Source of the DNA: Eledone cirrhosa
Lineage: Eukaryota
Assembly: GCA_964016885.1 (NCBI GenBank)
Contig: OZ024762.1
Coordinates: 1,860,001 to 1,924,000, forward strand
Direction: 5' to 3'
DNA: 64,000 bases
In this document: positions 14,523 to 25,115 of the stretch, piece after piece
How positions within the stretch are numbered: position 1 is the stretch's first letter
How the letters are laid out: every line of letters starts with the position of its first letter
The notes under the pieces: generated by a model
What the model was told of the DNA's origin: nothing
The model's database searches: none
Seen by the model: only the letters and a program-made list of their open reading frames with translations
Made by a program: the position numbers and the translations under genes

Positions 14523-14795
14523 CATGATCATCATAATAGAAGCGGTAAAAACCAGTTAGACCATTACTCCCAAGAGTGCTTCATACCTCGGGTAGTAGAG
14601 TGGGTAATATGAGAAATTTGGGACCTCGTCAGCTGAGCTCTTGCCGTTTCAACAGTTGGATCCATTCAGATCTGTCTGGAGCTCAGCCATCGGGGTCCCA
14701 AATTTCTCATATTACCCACTCTACTACCCCAAGTATCAAGTACTCTGGTGACTAATGGTCTAACTGGTTTTTACTGCTTCCATTATGATGATCAT
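14523..14795. repeat. Foldback element, ~110-bp imperfect arms; related sequence at 61866-62010
   Basis: ATGATCATCATAAT...GTAGTAGAGTGGGTAATATGAGAAATTTGGGACC mirrored by GGTCCCAAATTTCTCATATTACCCACTCTACTAC...ATTATGATGATCAT. Confidence 0.9.
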
Positions 14796-14817
14796 ATATA
14801 CATATATGTATGATACG

Positions 14818-14876
<59 letters not shown>

Positions 14877-14892
14877 ATGTATATATATATAT

Positions 14893-17800
14893 AGCGTTAA
14901 ATTTTCCCTGCTGTATTAGCGATAAATTTTCGAGGGTTTCTCTTAGTAGCTTTTTCATGTCGTTAATATTATGATGTTCCCTGCTGTATTAGCGTTAAAT
15001 TTTCCCTGCTGTATTAGCGATAAATTTTCGAGGGTTTCTCTTAGTAGCTTTTTTCATGACGTTATTATTGTTAATTTTACTGATGTAGTATTAACTTATT
15101 AACTTGGATATTTACCATGCGGTATTCTAATCCTATTGTATCTCTCTCAGTTCCTACCCCCCCCCCCTCTATGCACTTCTTTAAGGCTTACTACCCTGTC
15201 TTTAACCTAATTCATTCAATCTGAAAATATTGAAGAGATAAGACACTTTGCCATTCTTCTCTGCTAAAATGTACCAGTAGAGCTGATTCAAATTTTCCCA
15301 GCCAGCCATCCACCTAATCTACGAAGGTATTTTAGCCTACATATTGTCGTTAATATTATGATGTTCCCTGCTGTATTAGCGTTAAATTTTCCCTGCTGTA
15401 TTAGCGATAAATTTTCGAGGGTTTCTCTTAGTAGCTTTTTCATGTCGTTAATATTATGATGTTCCCTGCTGTATTAGCGTTAAATTTTCCCTGCTGTATT
15501 AGCGATAAATTTTCGAGGGTTTCTCTTAGTAGCTTTTTTCATGACGTTATTATTGTTAATTTTACTGATGTAGTATTAACTTATTAACTTGGATATTTAC
15601 CATGCGGTATTCTAATCCTATTGTATCTCTCTCAGTTCCTACCCCCCCCCCCTCTATGCACTTCTTTAAGGCTTACTACCCTGTCTTTAACCTAATTCAT
15701 TCAATCTGAAAATATTGAAGAGATAAGACACTTTGCCATTCTTCTCTGCTAAAATGTACCAGTAGAGCTGATTCAAATTTTCCCAGCCAGCCATCCACCT
15801 AATCTACGAAGGTATTTTAGCCTACATATTGTCGTTAATATTATGATGTTCCCTGCTGTATTAGCGTTAAATTTTCCCTGCTGTATTAGCGATAAATTTT
15901 CGAGGGTTTCTCTTAGTAGCTTTTTCATGTCGTTAATATTATGATGTTCCCTGCTGTATTAGCGTTAAATTTTCCCTGCTGTATTAGCGATAAATTTTCG
16001 AGGGTTTCTCTTAGTAGCTTTTTTCATGACGTTATTATTGTTAATTTTACTGATGTAGTATTAACTTATTAACTTGGATATTTACCATGCGGTATTCTAA
16101 TCCTATTGTATCTCTCTCAGTTCCTACCCCCCCCCCCCTCTATGCACTTCTTTAAGGCTTACTACCCTGTCTTTAACCTAATTCATTCAATCTGAAAATA
16201 TTGAAGAGATAAGACACTTTGCCATTCTTCTCTGCTAAAATGTACCAGTAGAGCTGATTCAAATTTTCCCAGCCAGCCATCCACCTAATCTACGAAGGTA
16301 TTTTAGCCTACATATTGTCGTTAATATTATGATGTTCCCTGCTGTATTAGCGTTAAATTTTCCCTGCTGTATTAGCGATAAATTTTCGAGGGTTTCTCTT
16401 AGTAGCTTTTTCATGTCGTTAATATTATGATGTTCCCTGCTGTATTAGCGTTAAATTTTCCCTGCTGTATTAGCGATAAATTTTCGAGGGTTTCTCTTAG
16501 TAGCTTTTTTCATGACGTTATTATTGTTAATTTTACTGATGTAGTATTAACTTATTAACTTGGATATTTACCATGCGGTATTCTAATCCTATTGTATCTC
16601 TCTCAGTTCCTACCCCCCCCCCCCCTCTATGCACTTCTTTAAGGCTTACTACCCTGTCTTTAACCTAATTCATTCAATCTGAAAATATTGAAGAGATAAG
16701 ACACTTTGCCATTCTTCTCTGCTAAAATGTACCAGTAGAGCTGATTCAAATTTTCCCAGCCAGCCATCCACCTAATCTACGAAGGTATTTTAGCCTACAT
16801 ATTGTCGTTAATATTATGATGTTCCCTGCTGTATTAGCGTTAAATTTTCCCTGCTGTATTAGCGATAAATTTTCGAGGGTTTCTCTTAGTAGCTTTTTCA
16901 TGTCGTTAATATTATGATGTTCCCTGCTGTATTAGCGTTAAATTTTCCCTGCTGTATTAGCGATAAATTTTCGAGGGTTTCTCTTAGTAGCTTTTTTCAT
17001 GACGTTATTATTGTTAATTTTACTGATGTAGTATTAACTTATTAACTTGGATATTTACCATGCGGTATTCTAATCCTATTGTATCTCTCTCAGTTCCTAC
17101 CCCCCCCCCCCTCTATGCACTTCTTTAAGGCTTACTACCCTGTCTTTAACCTAATTCATTCAATCTGAAAATATTGAAGAGATAAGACACTTTGCCATTC
17201 TTCTCTGCTAAAATGTACCAGTAGAGCTGATTCAAATTTTCCCAGCCAGCCATCCACCTAATCTACGAAGGTATTTTAGCCTACATATTGTCGTTAATAT
17301 TATGATGTTCCCTGCTGTATTAGCGTTAAATTTTCCCTGCTGTATTAGCGATAAATTTTCGAGGGTTTCTCTTAGTAGCTTTTTCATGTCGTTAATATTA
17401 TGATGTTCCCTGCTGTATTAGCGTTAAATTTTCCCTGCTGTATTAGCGATAAATTTTCGAGGGTTTCTCTTAGTAGCTTTTTTCATGACGTTATTATTGT
17501 TAATTTTACTGATGTAGTATTAACTTATTAACTTGGATATTTACCATGCGGTATTCTAATCCTATTGTATCTCTCTCAGTTCCTACCCCCCCCCCCCCCC
17601 CCTCTATGCACTTCTTTAAGGCTTACTACCCTGTCTTTAACCTAATTCATTCAATCTGAAAATATTGAAGAGATAAGACACTTTGCCATTCTTCTCTGCT
17701 AAAATGTACCAGTAGAGCTGATTCAAATTTTCCCAGCCAGCCATCCACCTAATCTACGAAGGTATTTTAGCCTACATATTGTCGTTAATATTATGATGTT

Positions 17801-20467
17801 CCCTGCTGTATTAGCGTTAAATTTTCCCTGCTGTATTAGCGATAAATTTTCGAGGGTTTCTCTTAGTAGCTTTTTCATGTCGTTAATATTATGATGTTCC
17901 CTGCTGTATTAGCGTTAAATTTTCCCTGCTGTATTAGCGATAAATTTTCGAGGGTTTCTCTTAGTAGCTTTTTTCATGACGTTATTATTGTTAATTTTAC
18001 TGATGTAGTATTAACTTATTAACTTGGATATTTACCATGCGGTATTCTAATCCTATTGTATCTCTCTCAGTTCCTACCCCCCCCCCCTCTATGCACTTCT
18101 TTAAGGCTTACTACCCTGTCTTTAACCTAATTCATTCAATCTGAAAATATTGAAGAGATAAGACACTTTGCCATTCTTCTCTGCTAAAATGTACCAGTAG
18201 AGCTGATTCAAATTTTCCCAGCCAGCCATCCACCTAATCTACGAAGGTATTTTAGCCTACATATTGTCGTTAATATTATGATGTTCCCTGCTGTATTAGC
18301 GTTAAATTTTCCCTGCTGTATTAGCGATAAATTTTCGAGGGTTTCTCTTAGTAGCTTTTTCATGTCGTTAATATTATGATGTTCCCTGCTGTATTAGCGT
18401 TAAATTTTCCCTGCTGTATTAGCGATAAATTTTCGAGGGTTTCTCTTAGTAGCTTTTTTCATGACGTTATTATTGTTAATTTTACTGATGTAGTATTAAC
18501 TTATTAACTTGGATATTTACCATGCGGTATTCTAATCCTATTGTATCTCTCTCAGTTCCTACCCCCCCCCCCCTCTATGCACTTCTTTAAGGCTTACTAC
18601 CCTGTCTTTAACCTAATTCATTCAATCTGAAAATATTGAAGAGATAAGACACTTTGCCATTCTTCTCTGCTAAAATGTACCAGTAGAGCTGATTCAAATT
18701 TTCCCAGCCAGCCATCCACCTAATCTACGAAGGTATTTTAGCCTACATATTGTCGTTAATATTATGATGTTCCCTGCTGTATTAGCGTTAAATTTTCCCT
18801 GCTGTATTAGCGATAAATTTTCGAGGGTTTCTCTTAGTAGCTTTTTCATGTCGTTAATATTATGATGTTCCCTGCTGTATTAGCGTTAAATTTTCCCTGC
18901 TGTATTAGCGATAAATTTTCGAGGGTTTCTCTTAGTAGCTTTTTTCATGACGTTATTATTGTTAATTTTACTGATGTAGTATTAACTTATTAACTTGGAT
19001 ATTTACCATGCGGTATTCTAATCCTATTGTATCTCTCTCAGTTCCTACCCCCCCCCCCCCTCTATGCACTTCTTTAAGGCTTACTACCCTGTCTTTAACC
19101 TAATTCATTCAATCTGAAAATATTGAAGAGATAAGACACTTTGCCATTCTTCTCTGCTAAAATGTACCAGTAGAGCTGATTCAAATTTTCCCAGCCAGCC
19201 ATCCACCTAATCTACGAAGGTATTTTAGCCTACATATTGTCGTTAATATTATGATGTTCCCTGCTGTATTAGCGTTAAATTTTCCCTGCTGTATTAGCGA
19301 TAAATTTTCGAGGGTTTCTCTTAGTAGCTTTTTCATGTCGTTAATATTATGATGTTCCCTGCTGTATTAGCGTTAAATTTTCCCTGCTGTATTAGCGATA
19401 AATTTTCGAGGGTTTCTCTTAGTAGCTTTTTTCATGACGTTATTATTGTTAATTTTACTGATGTAGTATTAACTTATTAACTTGGATATTTACCATGCGG
19501 TATTCTAATCCTATTGTATCTCTCTCAGTTCCTACCCCCCCCCCCCCTCTATGCACTTCTTTAAGGCTTACTACCCTGTCTTTAACCTAATTCATTCAAT
19601 CTGAAAATATTGAAGAGATAAGACACTTTGCCATTCTTCTCTGCTAAAATGTACCAGTAGAGCTGATTCAAATTTTCCCAGCCAGCCATCCACCTAATCT
19701 ACGAAGGTATTTTAGCCTACATATTGTCGTTAATATTATGATGTTCCCTGCTGTATTAGCGTTAAATTTTCCCTGCTGTATTAGCGATAAATTTTCGAGG
19801 GTTTCTCTTAGTAGCTTTTTCATGTCGTTAATATTATGATGTTCCCTGCTGTATTAGCGTTAAATTTTCCCTGCTGTATTAGCGATAAATTTTCGAGGGT
19901 TTCTCTTAGTAGCTTTTTTCATGACGTTATTATTGTTAATTTTACTGATGTAGTATTAACTTATTAACTTGGATATTTACCATGCGGTATTCTAATCCTA
20001 TTGTATCTCTCTCAGTTCCTACCCCCCCCCCCCCCCTCTATGCACTTCTTTAAGGCTTACTACCCTGTCTTTAACCTAATTCATTCAATCTGAAAATATT
20101 GAAGAGATAAGACACTTTGCCATTCTTCTCTGCTAAAATGTACCAGTAGAGCTGATTCAAATTTTCCCAGCCAGCCATCCACCTAATCTACGAAGGTATT
20201 TTAGCCTACATATTGTCGTTAATATTATGATGTTCCCTGCTGTATTAGCGTTAAATTTTCCCTGCTGTATTAGCGATAAATTTTCGAGGGTTTCTCTTAG
20301 TAGCTTTTTCATGTCGTTAATATTATGATGTTCCCTGCTGTATTAGCGTTAAATTTTCCCTGCTGTATTAGCGATAAATTTTCGAGGGTTTCTCTTAGTA
20401 GCTTTTTTCATGACGTTATTATTGTTAATTTTACTGATGTAGTATTAACTTGGATATTTACCATGCG
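14893..20467. repeat. Tandem array, ~11.5 copies of a 485-491 bp monomer
   Basis: Unit starts at 15346, 15831, 16317, 16804, 17290, 17781, 18266, 18752, 19239, 19726, 20215. Copies differ visibly only in a poly-C run. Each has an internal 98-bp duplication built on ~25-bp subrepeats. Confidence 0.97.
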
Positions 20468-20726
20468 ACCCTCAGTTCCTACCTCACAATTTCCCTCCCC
20501 CCCACCCCCACACACCACCATAGTCTATTCGACCAATCAAACCTAGCATGCCATTTCCACTGCTGCTGCTGCTACTACCTGCCTAACTAACTCTCTCCTC
20601 CTCTGGCGCATCCCAACACACCCTGCCATTACCCCACCACCACTGTCCTTCTAGCCCTCAATTTTCCCACCGTTATGGATGGATGAGCTGGGAATACACG
20701 AGCAACTCTGAATCAATAGATGAAAT

Positions 20727-23700
20727 ATGAATCTGCGAGCTACCAAGCACCCACGTGAAGCGCCAACCCAGAGACCCTCCCCTACGAGTGTCGACAAATG
20801 CCCAAAACTCCGAGTTGGTACCATCAATGTAGGCTCAATGAAAGGAAGAGCAGGAGAAATCGTAGAAATGCTAGAGCGAAAGGAAGTTGATGTATGCTGT
20901 GTGCAAGAGACTAGATGGAGAGGAGGGTCTGCTAGAGTCCTTGTAGGAAAAAGCCAGTGCTACAAATTTTTCTGGGTGGGAAATGACGATGGGATGGGTG
21001 GTGTAGGTATACTATTAGCTGACAAGTGGGTAGATAAAGTAATCTCAGTGTACAGGGTAAATGCAAGAATCATTAAACTCAGACTAGTCCTGAATAAGAC
21101 AATTACCACAATAATATCAGCTTACGCACCCCAATCGGGGCTGCCAGACGAACTTAAGGATAGGTTTTACGAGTCCCTAATACACACTACTGCTCTAACA
21201 GACGACAAGGACTTCCTAATCATTGCAGGAGATTTTAACGGACACGTAGGTAAACACTGCGACGGCTTCAATAGAGTACATGGAGGCCATGGAGTTGGCA
21301 CAAGGAATGAGGAAGGATTCAGACTTCTAGAATTCTGCGACGCCAATGACATGTCGATATGTAACACAAACTTTAAAAAACCCGACAACCACCTGATCAC
21401 CTATAGATCAGGGGAGCACTCTAGTCAGTTAGATTTTATTCTCATCAGAGGACGTGACAGATGGACGGTCGTAAACACAAAAGCCTTCCCTAGTGAGGAA
21501 TGTACATCCCAACATAGCTTAGTTGTCAGCGACCTCACGGTCAGAACTAGACGAGCTCTGAAACAGAGGCCAACCTGGAGAAGAAAGATCTGGAAGCTGA
21601 AAGTCCCCTCAACCAGTAACAGATTTAAAGATATTTTACTCAACGCCTACGACAGTAAAGAAGAACAGATACAGACATTTAACGTAGAAGAGAACTGGGA
21701 GTTCCTAAAAAATAACTTACTAGAGGCGACGGATGAGGTTTGTGGCTGGAGTAAGACCTCAAGCAGGAGGAGAGTGACTTGGTGGTGGAACAATAAGGTA
21801 GATGAAGCAGTCAAGGCCAAGAGACAGGCATGGAAAGAATGGAAGAACGGGGGGAGCAGGGTACATTACATAGAGACCAAGAGGGAAGCTAGGCGACAAG
21901 TATACTTAGCTAGGAGGGAAGCAGAGGATAGAAAATTCAAGCATGTTTTACAACGTGAGGACCAGAAACAGGAGGTATTCAAGATTGCGAGGCAGTGTGT
22001 CAGAGATAGTTGTGATGTCATTGGAGAGAAGTGTATCCGGAATGATAAAGGTGAGCTTGCCCTCACAAGTGCTGAGAAGAAAGATGCATGGAAGAGTCAT
22101 TATGATAGATTACTAAATGAGGAGAATGCATGGGAAGAAGAGACCCTACCCCACGTAGACCCTATAGAGGGACCAGCAGTACAAGTCAGCGGCAGCGTAG
22201 TAAGTAAGGCAATCAGAGATATGAAGATAGGGAAGGCAACCGGTCCATCGGGTATAGCTGCCGAGATGCTGAAGGCATCTGGGTCTGTAGGTCACACTAT
22301 AACCACACGTATCGTTAACCAGGTAATACTAGAGGGGGCCATACCAAAAGATTGGTGCAGTAGCATCATTGTCAACTGCTACAAAGGTAAAGGCGATGCA
22401 CTAGATAGAGGAAACTATAGAGGTATAAAGTTGATGGACCAGGTCATGAAAGTAACAGAAAGAGTTATAGCACAGCTGATTAGGGACCGGGTGAATATAG
22501 ACGAGATGCAATTTGGGTTTGTTCCAGGGAAAGGCACCACTGATGCGCTCTTCCTTGTGAGGCAATTACAGGAAAAGTACCTAGCTAAAAGTAAGCCACT
22601 CTACTTGGCATTTGTCGACCTTGAGAAAGCCTTTGACAGAGTTCCACGTGCAGTAATCTGGTGGGCTCTTAGAAAACTAGGAGTAGATGAATGGCTTGTG
22701 AAAGCGGTACAAGCCATGTATAGGGGAGCAGTCAGCAAAGTTAGGATTGGCAATGAGTATAGCGAGGAATTTAGCGTACAGGTTGGGGTCCACCAGGGCT
22801 CTGTTCTTAGCCCTCTCCTGTTCATCATAGTCCTGCAGGCAATAACGGAGGAGTTTAAGACCGGATGCCCATGGGAACTCCTGTATGCTGATGACCTCGC
22901 ACTCATAGCTGAATCTATGGTAGAACTAGAGAATAAATTCCAAACCTGGAAGCAGGGACTAGAGAGAAAGGGCCTCAAAGTCAACATGACAAAGACTAAG
23001 GTCCTTATAAGTAGACGAGAAAACAGAACCCAGATCCCCTCAGGGAAATGGCCTTGCTCAGTATGTAGGAAAGGTGTAGGTAGGAACTCCATTCTTTGCC
23101 CCAAATGCAAACAATGGGTACACAAGAGATGTAGCGGGATCTCAGGAAGCTTAATTAAGAATGTAGGATTCACATGCAGCAGCTGTGCTGAAACAGCAAG
23201 CAAACAGCCACAGGAAACAAGTACCACCAATCTCTGGGAGGGCCCTGTAGAAACAGTAGACAGCTTCTGCTACCTAGGTGACCGAATTAGCAACGGAGGT
23301 GGGTGCTCAGAAAGTACAATAACTAGGGTAAGAACGGGATGGAAGAAGTTTAGGGAACTACTACCACTGCTAGCTGCAAAAGGCTTCTCCCTCAGAATGA
23401 AAGGCAGACTGTATGATGCGTGTATCCGAACAGCGATGTTGCATGGTAGTGAGACCTGGGCGCTGAAGGTGGAAGACTTACGTAGATTAGAGAGAAACGA
23501 AGCCTGCATGCTCCGATGGATGTGTAACAGTAATATACGTGAACGACAAAGCATAAATGAATTGAGAGAGAGACTGAGCATAAGAGGAATCAAATGCTGC
23601 GTGCAGGAGAGGCGGTTACGCTGGTATGGACATGTGATGCGTATGAAGGATGACAGCTGCATAAAAAGGTGCAGAGCACTAGAAGTTGATGGAAACCGCG

Positions 23701-23846
23701 GAGTGGGGAGACCCAAGATGACTTGGGATGAGGTGATAAGAGCCGACCTTACCCAACTACACCTCTCAAAGTCAATGACACACGACCGTGACTTCTGGTG
23801 TCACGCAGTAATACAGGGTACCCGACCTCCCATGGGTACATGCTGA
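20727..23846 (+). CDS. RTE-clade LINE ORF: APE endonuclease, reverse transcriptase and embedded PHD-type finger (1039 aa, uninterrupted)
   Basis: APE motifs GTINVGSM, CCVQETRW, SAYAPQ, AGDFNGHVG, SQLDFIL, SQHSLV; RT motifs QFGFVPG, FVDLEKAFD, GVHQGSVLSPLLF, YADD (22884-22895), FCYLG; RTE C-terminal RRLRWYGHV and GRPKMTW. Confidence 0.97.
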   Translation: MNLRATKHPREAPTQRPSPTSVDKCPKLRVGTINVGSMKGRAGEIVEMLERKEVDVCCVQETRWRGGSARVLVGKSQCYKFFWVGNDDGMGGVGILLADKWVDKVISVYRVNARIIKLRLVLNKTITTIISAYAPQSGLPDELKDRFYESLIHTTALTDDKDFLIIAGDFNGHVGKHCDGFNRVHGGHGVGTRNEEGFRLLEFCDANDMSICNTNFKKPDNHLITYRSGEHSSQLDFILIRGRDRWTVVNTKAFPSEECTSQHSLVVSDLTVRTRRALKQRPTWRRKIWKLKVPSTSNRFKDILLNAYDSKEEQIQTFNVEENWEFLKNNLLEATDEVCGWSKTSSRRRVTWWWNNKVDEAVKAKRQAWKEWKNGGSRVHYIETKREARRQVYLARREAEDRKFKHVLQREDQKQEVFKIARQCVRDSCDVIGEKCIRNDKGELALTSAEKKDAWKSHYDRLLNEENAWEEETLPHVDPIEGPAVQVSGSVVSKAIRDMKIGKATGPSGIAAEMLKASGSVGHTITTRIVNQVILEGAIPKDWCSSIIVNCYKGKGDALDRGNYRGIKLMDQVMKVTERVIAQLIRDRVNIDEMQFGFVPGKGTTDALFLVRQLQEKYLAKSKPLYLAFVDLEKAFDRVPRAVIWWALRKLGVDEWLVKAVQAMYRGAVSKVRIGNEYSEEFSVQVGVHQGSVLSPLLFIIVLQAITEEFKTGCPWELLYADDLALIAESMVELENKFQTWKQGLERKGLKVNMTKTKVLISRRENRTQIPSGKWPCSVCRKGVGRNSILCPKCKQWVHKRCSGISGSLIKNVGFTCSSCAETASKQPQETSTTNLWEGPVETVDSFCYLGDRISNGGGCSESTITRVRTGWKKFRELLPLLAAKGFSLRMKGRLYDACIRTAMLHGSETWALKVEDLRRLERNEACMLRWMCNSNIRERQSINELRERLSIRGIKCCVQERRLRWYGHVMRMKDDSCIKRCRALEVDGNRGVGRPKMTWDEVIRADLTQLHLSKSMTHDRDFWCHAVIQGTRPPMGTC

Positions 23847-24176
23847 AGCATATAAACAATATGCCCCCCCCCCCCCACCGCAAGGTGGTCGTGGAGGTGC
23901 CACGGCAAAAAAGCACCCAGCCCACACTGTAAAGTGGACGTGTAGGCGCCACGAAAAAGCACCCAGCACTCACTGTAAATGAGGTTGGTGTTAGGAAGGG
24001 CATCCAGCTGTAGAAATCAAGCCAGATCAGTTCCTGTATGAGCAAGGCATGGTCAGCCGACCAGACACTGCCCACAACAGGACAACCCGTCTAACCCATG
24101 CTAGCGTGGAAGAACGGACGTAAAACGGTGATGATGATGATGATGATGATATATATGTATATATATATATATATAC

Positions 24177-24236
<60 letters not shown>

Positions 24237-24431
24237 GTGCTTGTGTGTGTATTTTATCACACCAATCAACAAACTGTGGTGTAATCTAACTTAAACACTC
24301 CACATCGGTTGTATCTATCTAAGTAAGATCTTTATTCACATAGACTTGTACCCAACAGAGTAGTATGGAATGTCTGTCTTACTGCCAATTACTACCGTTA
24401 TGTTCACGAGAATGCTGAGGATGATTCTGAA

Positions 24432-25115
24432 CATATATATATATACACTGAGGATGAAGAACTCAGAACTGTACAGGAGCCTCCCAAAAGTCAGCTCGAA
24501 AGTAGCACAGAGGAGACTGAGGTTAGCTGGACATGCTCACCGACATCCAGAGTTGACACTGCACTCAGTGTTCCTGTGGGAGTTTCTACAAGGGCACACT
24601 AGAAGAGGGACACTGAGGTTAGCTGGACATGCTCACCGACATCCAGAGTTGACACTGCACTCAGTGTTCCTGTGGGAGTCTCTACAAGGGCACACTAGAA
24701 GAGGGACACTGAGGTTAGCTGGACATGCTCACCGACATCCAGAGTTGACACTGCACTCAGTGTTCCTGTGGGAGTCTCTACAAGGGCACACTAGAAGAGG
24801 GACACTGAGGTAAGCTGGACATGCTCACCGACATCCAGAGTTGACACTGCACTCAGTGTTCCTGTGGGAGTCTCTACAAGGGCACACTAGAAGAGGGACA
24901 CTGAGGTAAGCTGGACATGCTCACCGACATCCAGAGTTGACACTGCACTCAGTGTTCCTGTGGGAGTCTCTACAAGGGCACACTAGAAGAGGGACACTGA
25001 GGTAAGCTGGACATGCTCACCAATATTCAGAGTTGAGACTGCACTCAGTGGTCCTGTGTGATCCCCTACTCGGACACACTAGAAGAGGGAGACTGAGGTT
25101 GACATATATTGATGC
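24432..25115 (+). repeat. 3' fragment of another RTE-like LINE with a 96-bp segment amplified six times
   Basis: Units start at 24517, 24613, 24709, 24805, 24901, 24997; peptide RRLRLAGHAHRHPE..LWE..GHTRRG..TYID resembles non-LTR RT C-termini. Confidence 0.85.

Larger units (their letters stand above)
14893..24150 (+). mobile_element. RTE LINE insertion including 5' monomer array, 5'UTR, ORF, 3'UTR and (GAT)n tail
   Basis: Block is bounded on both sides by (TA)n. The 3' end is hairpin + CGGACGTAAAACGGT(GAT)n. Inclusion of the array is inferred from its continuity into the 5'UTR. Confidence 0.75.

Noticed and set aside
14893-20467. Monomer array as rDNA, snRNA cluster, coding repeat or ribozyme array
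   Set aside because: No recognisable RNA gene, long ORF, hammerhead or HDV-like motif found by eye; a covariance-model search would be needed to exclude one.
22601-23716. Long antisense ORFs over the RT (also 3107-3922, 5292-6410)
   Set aside because: Shadow frames of the LINE ORF with no independent motifs.
24370-24813. 147-aa repeat protein
   Set aside because: Amplified LINE fragment; later units contain stops.
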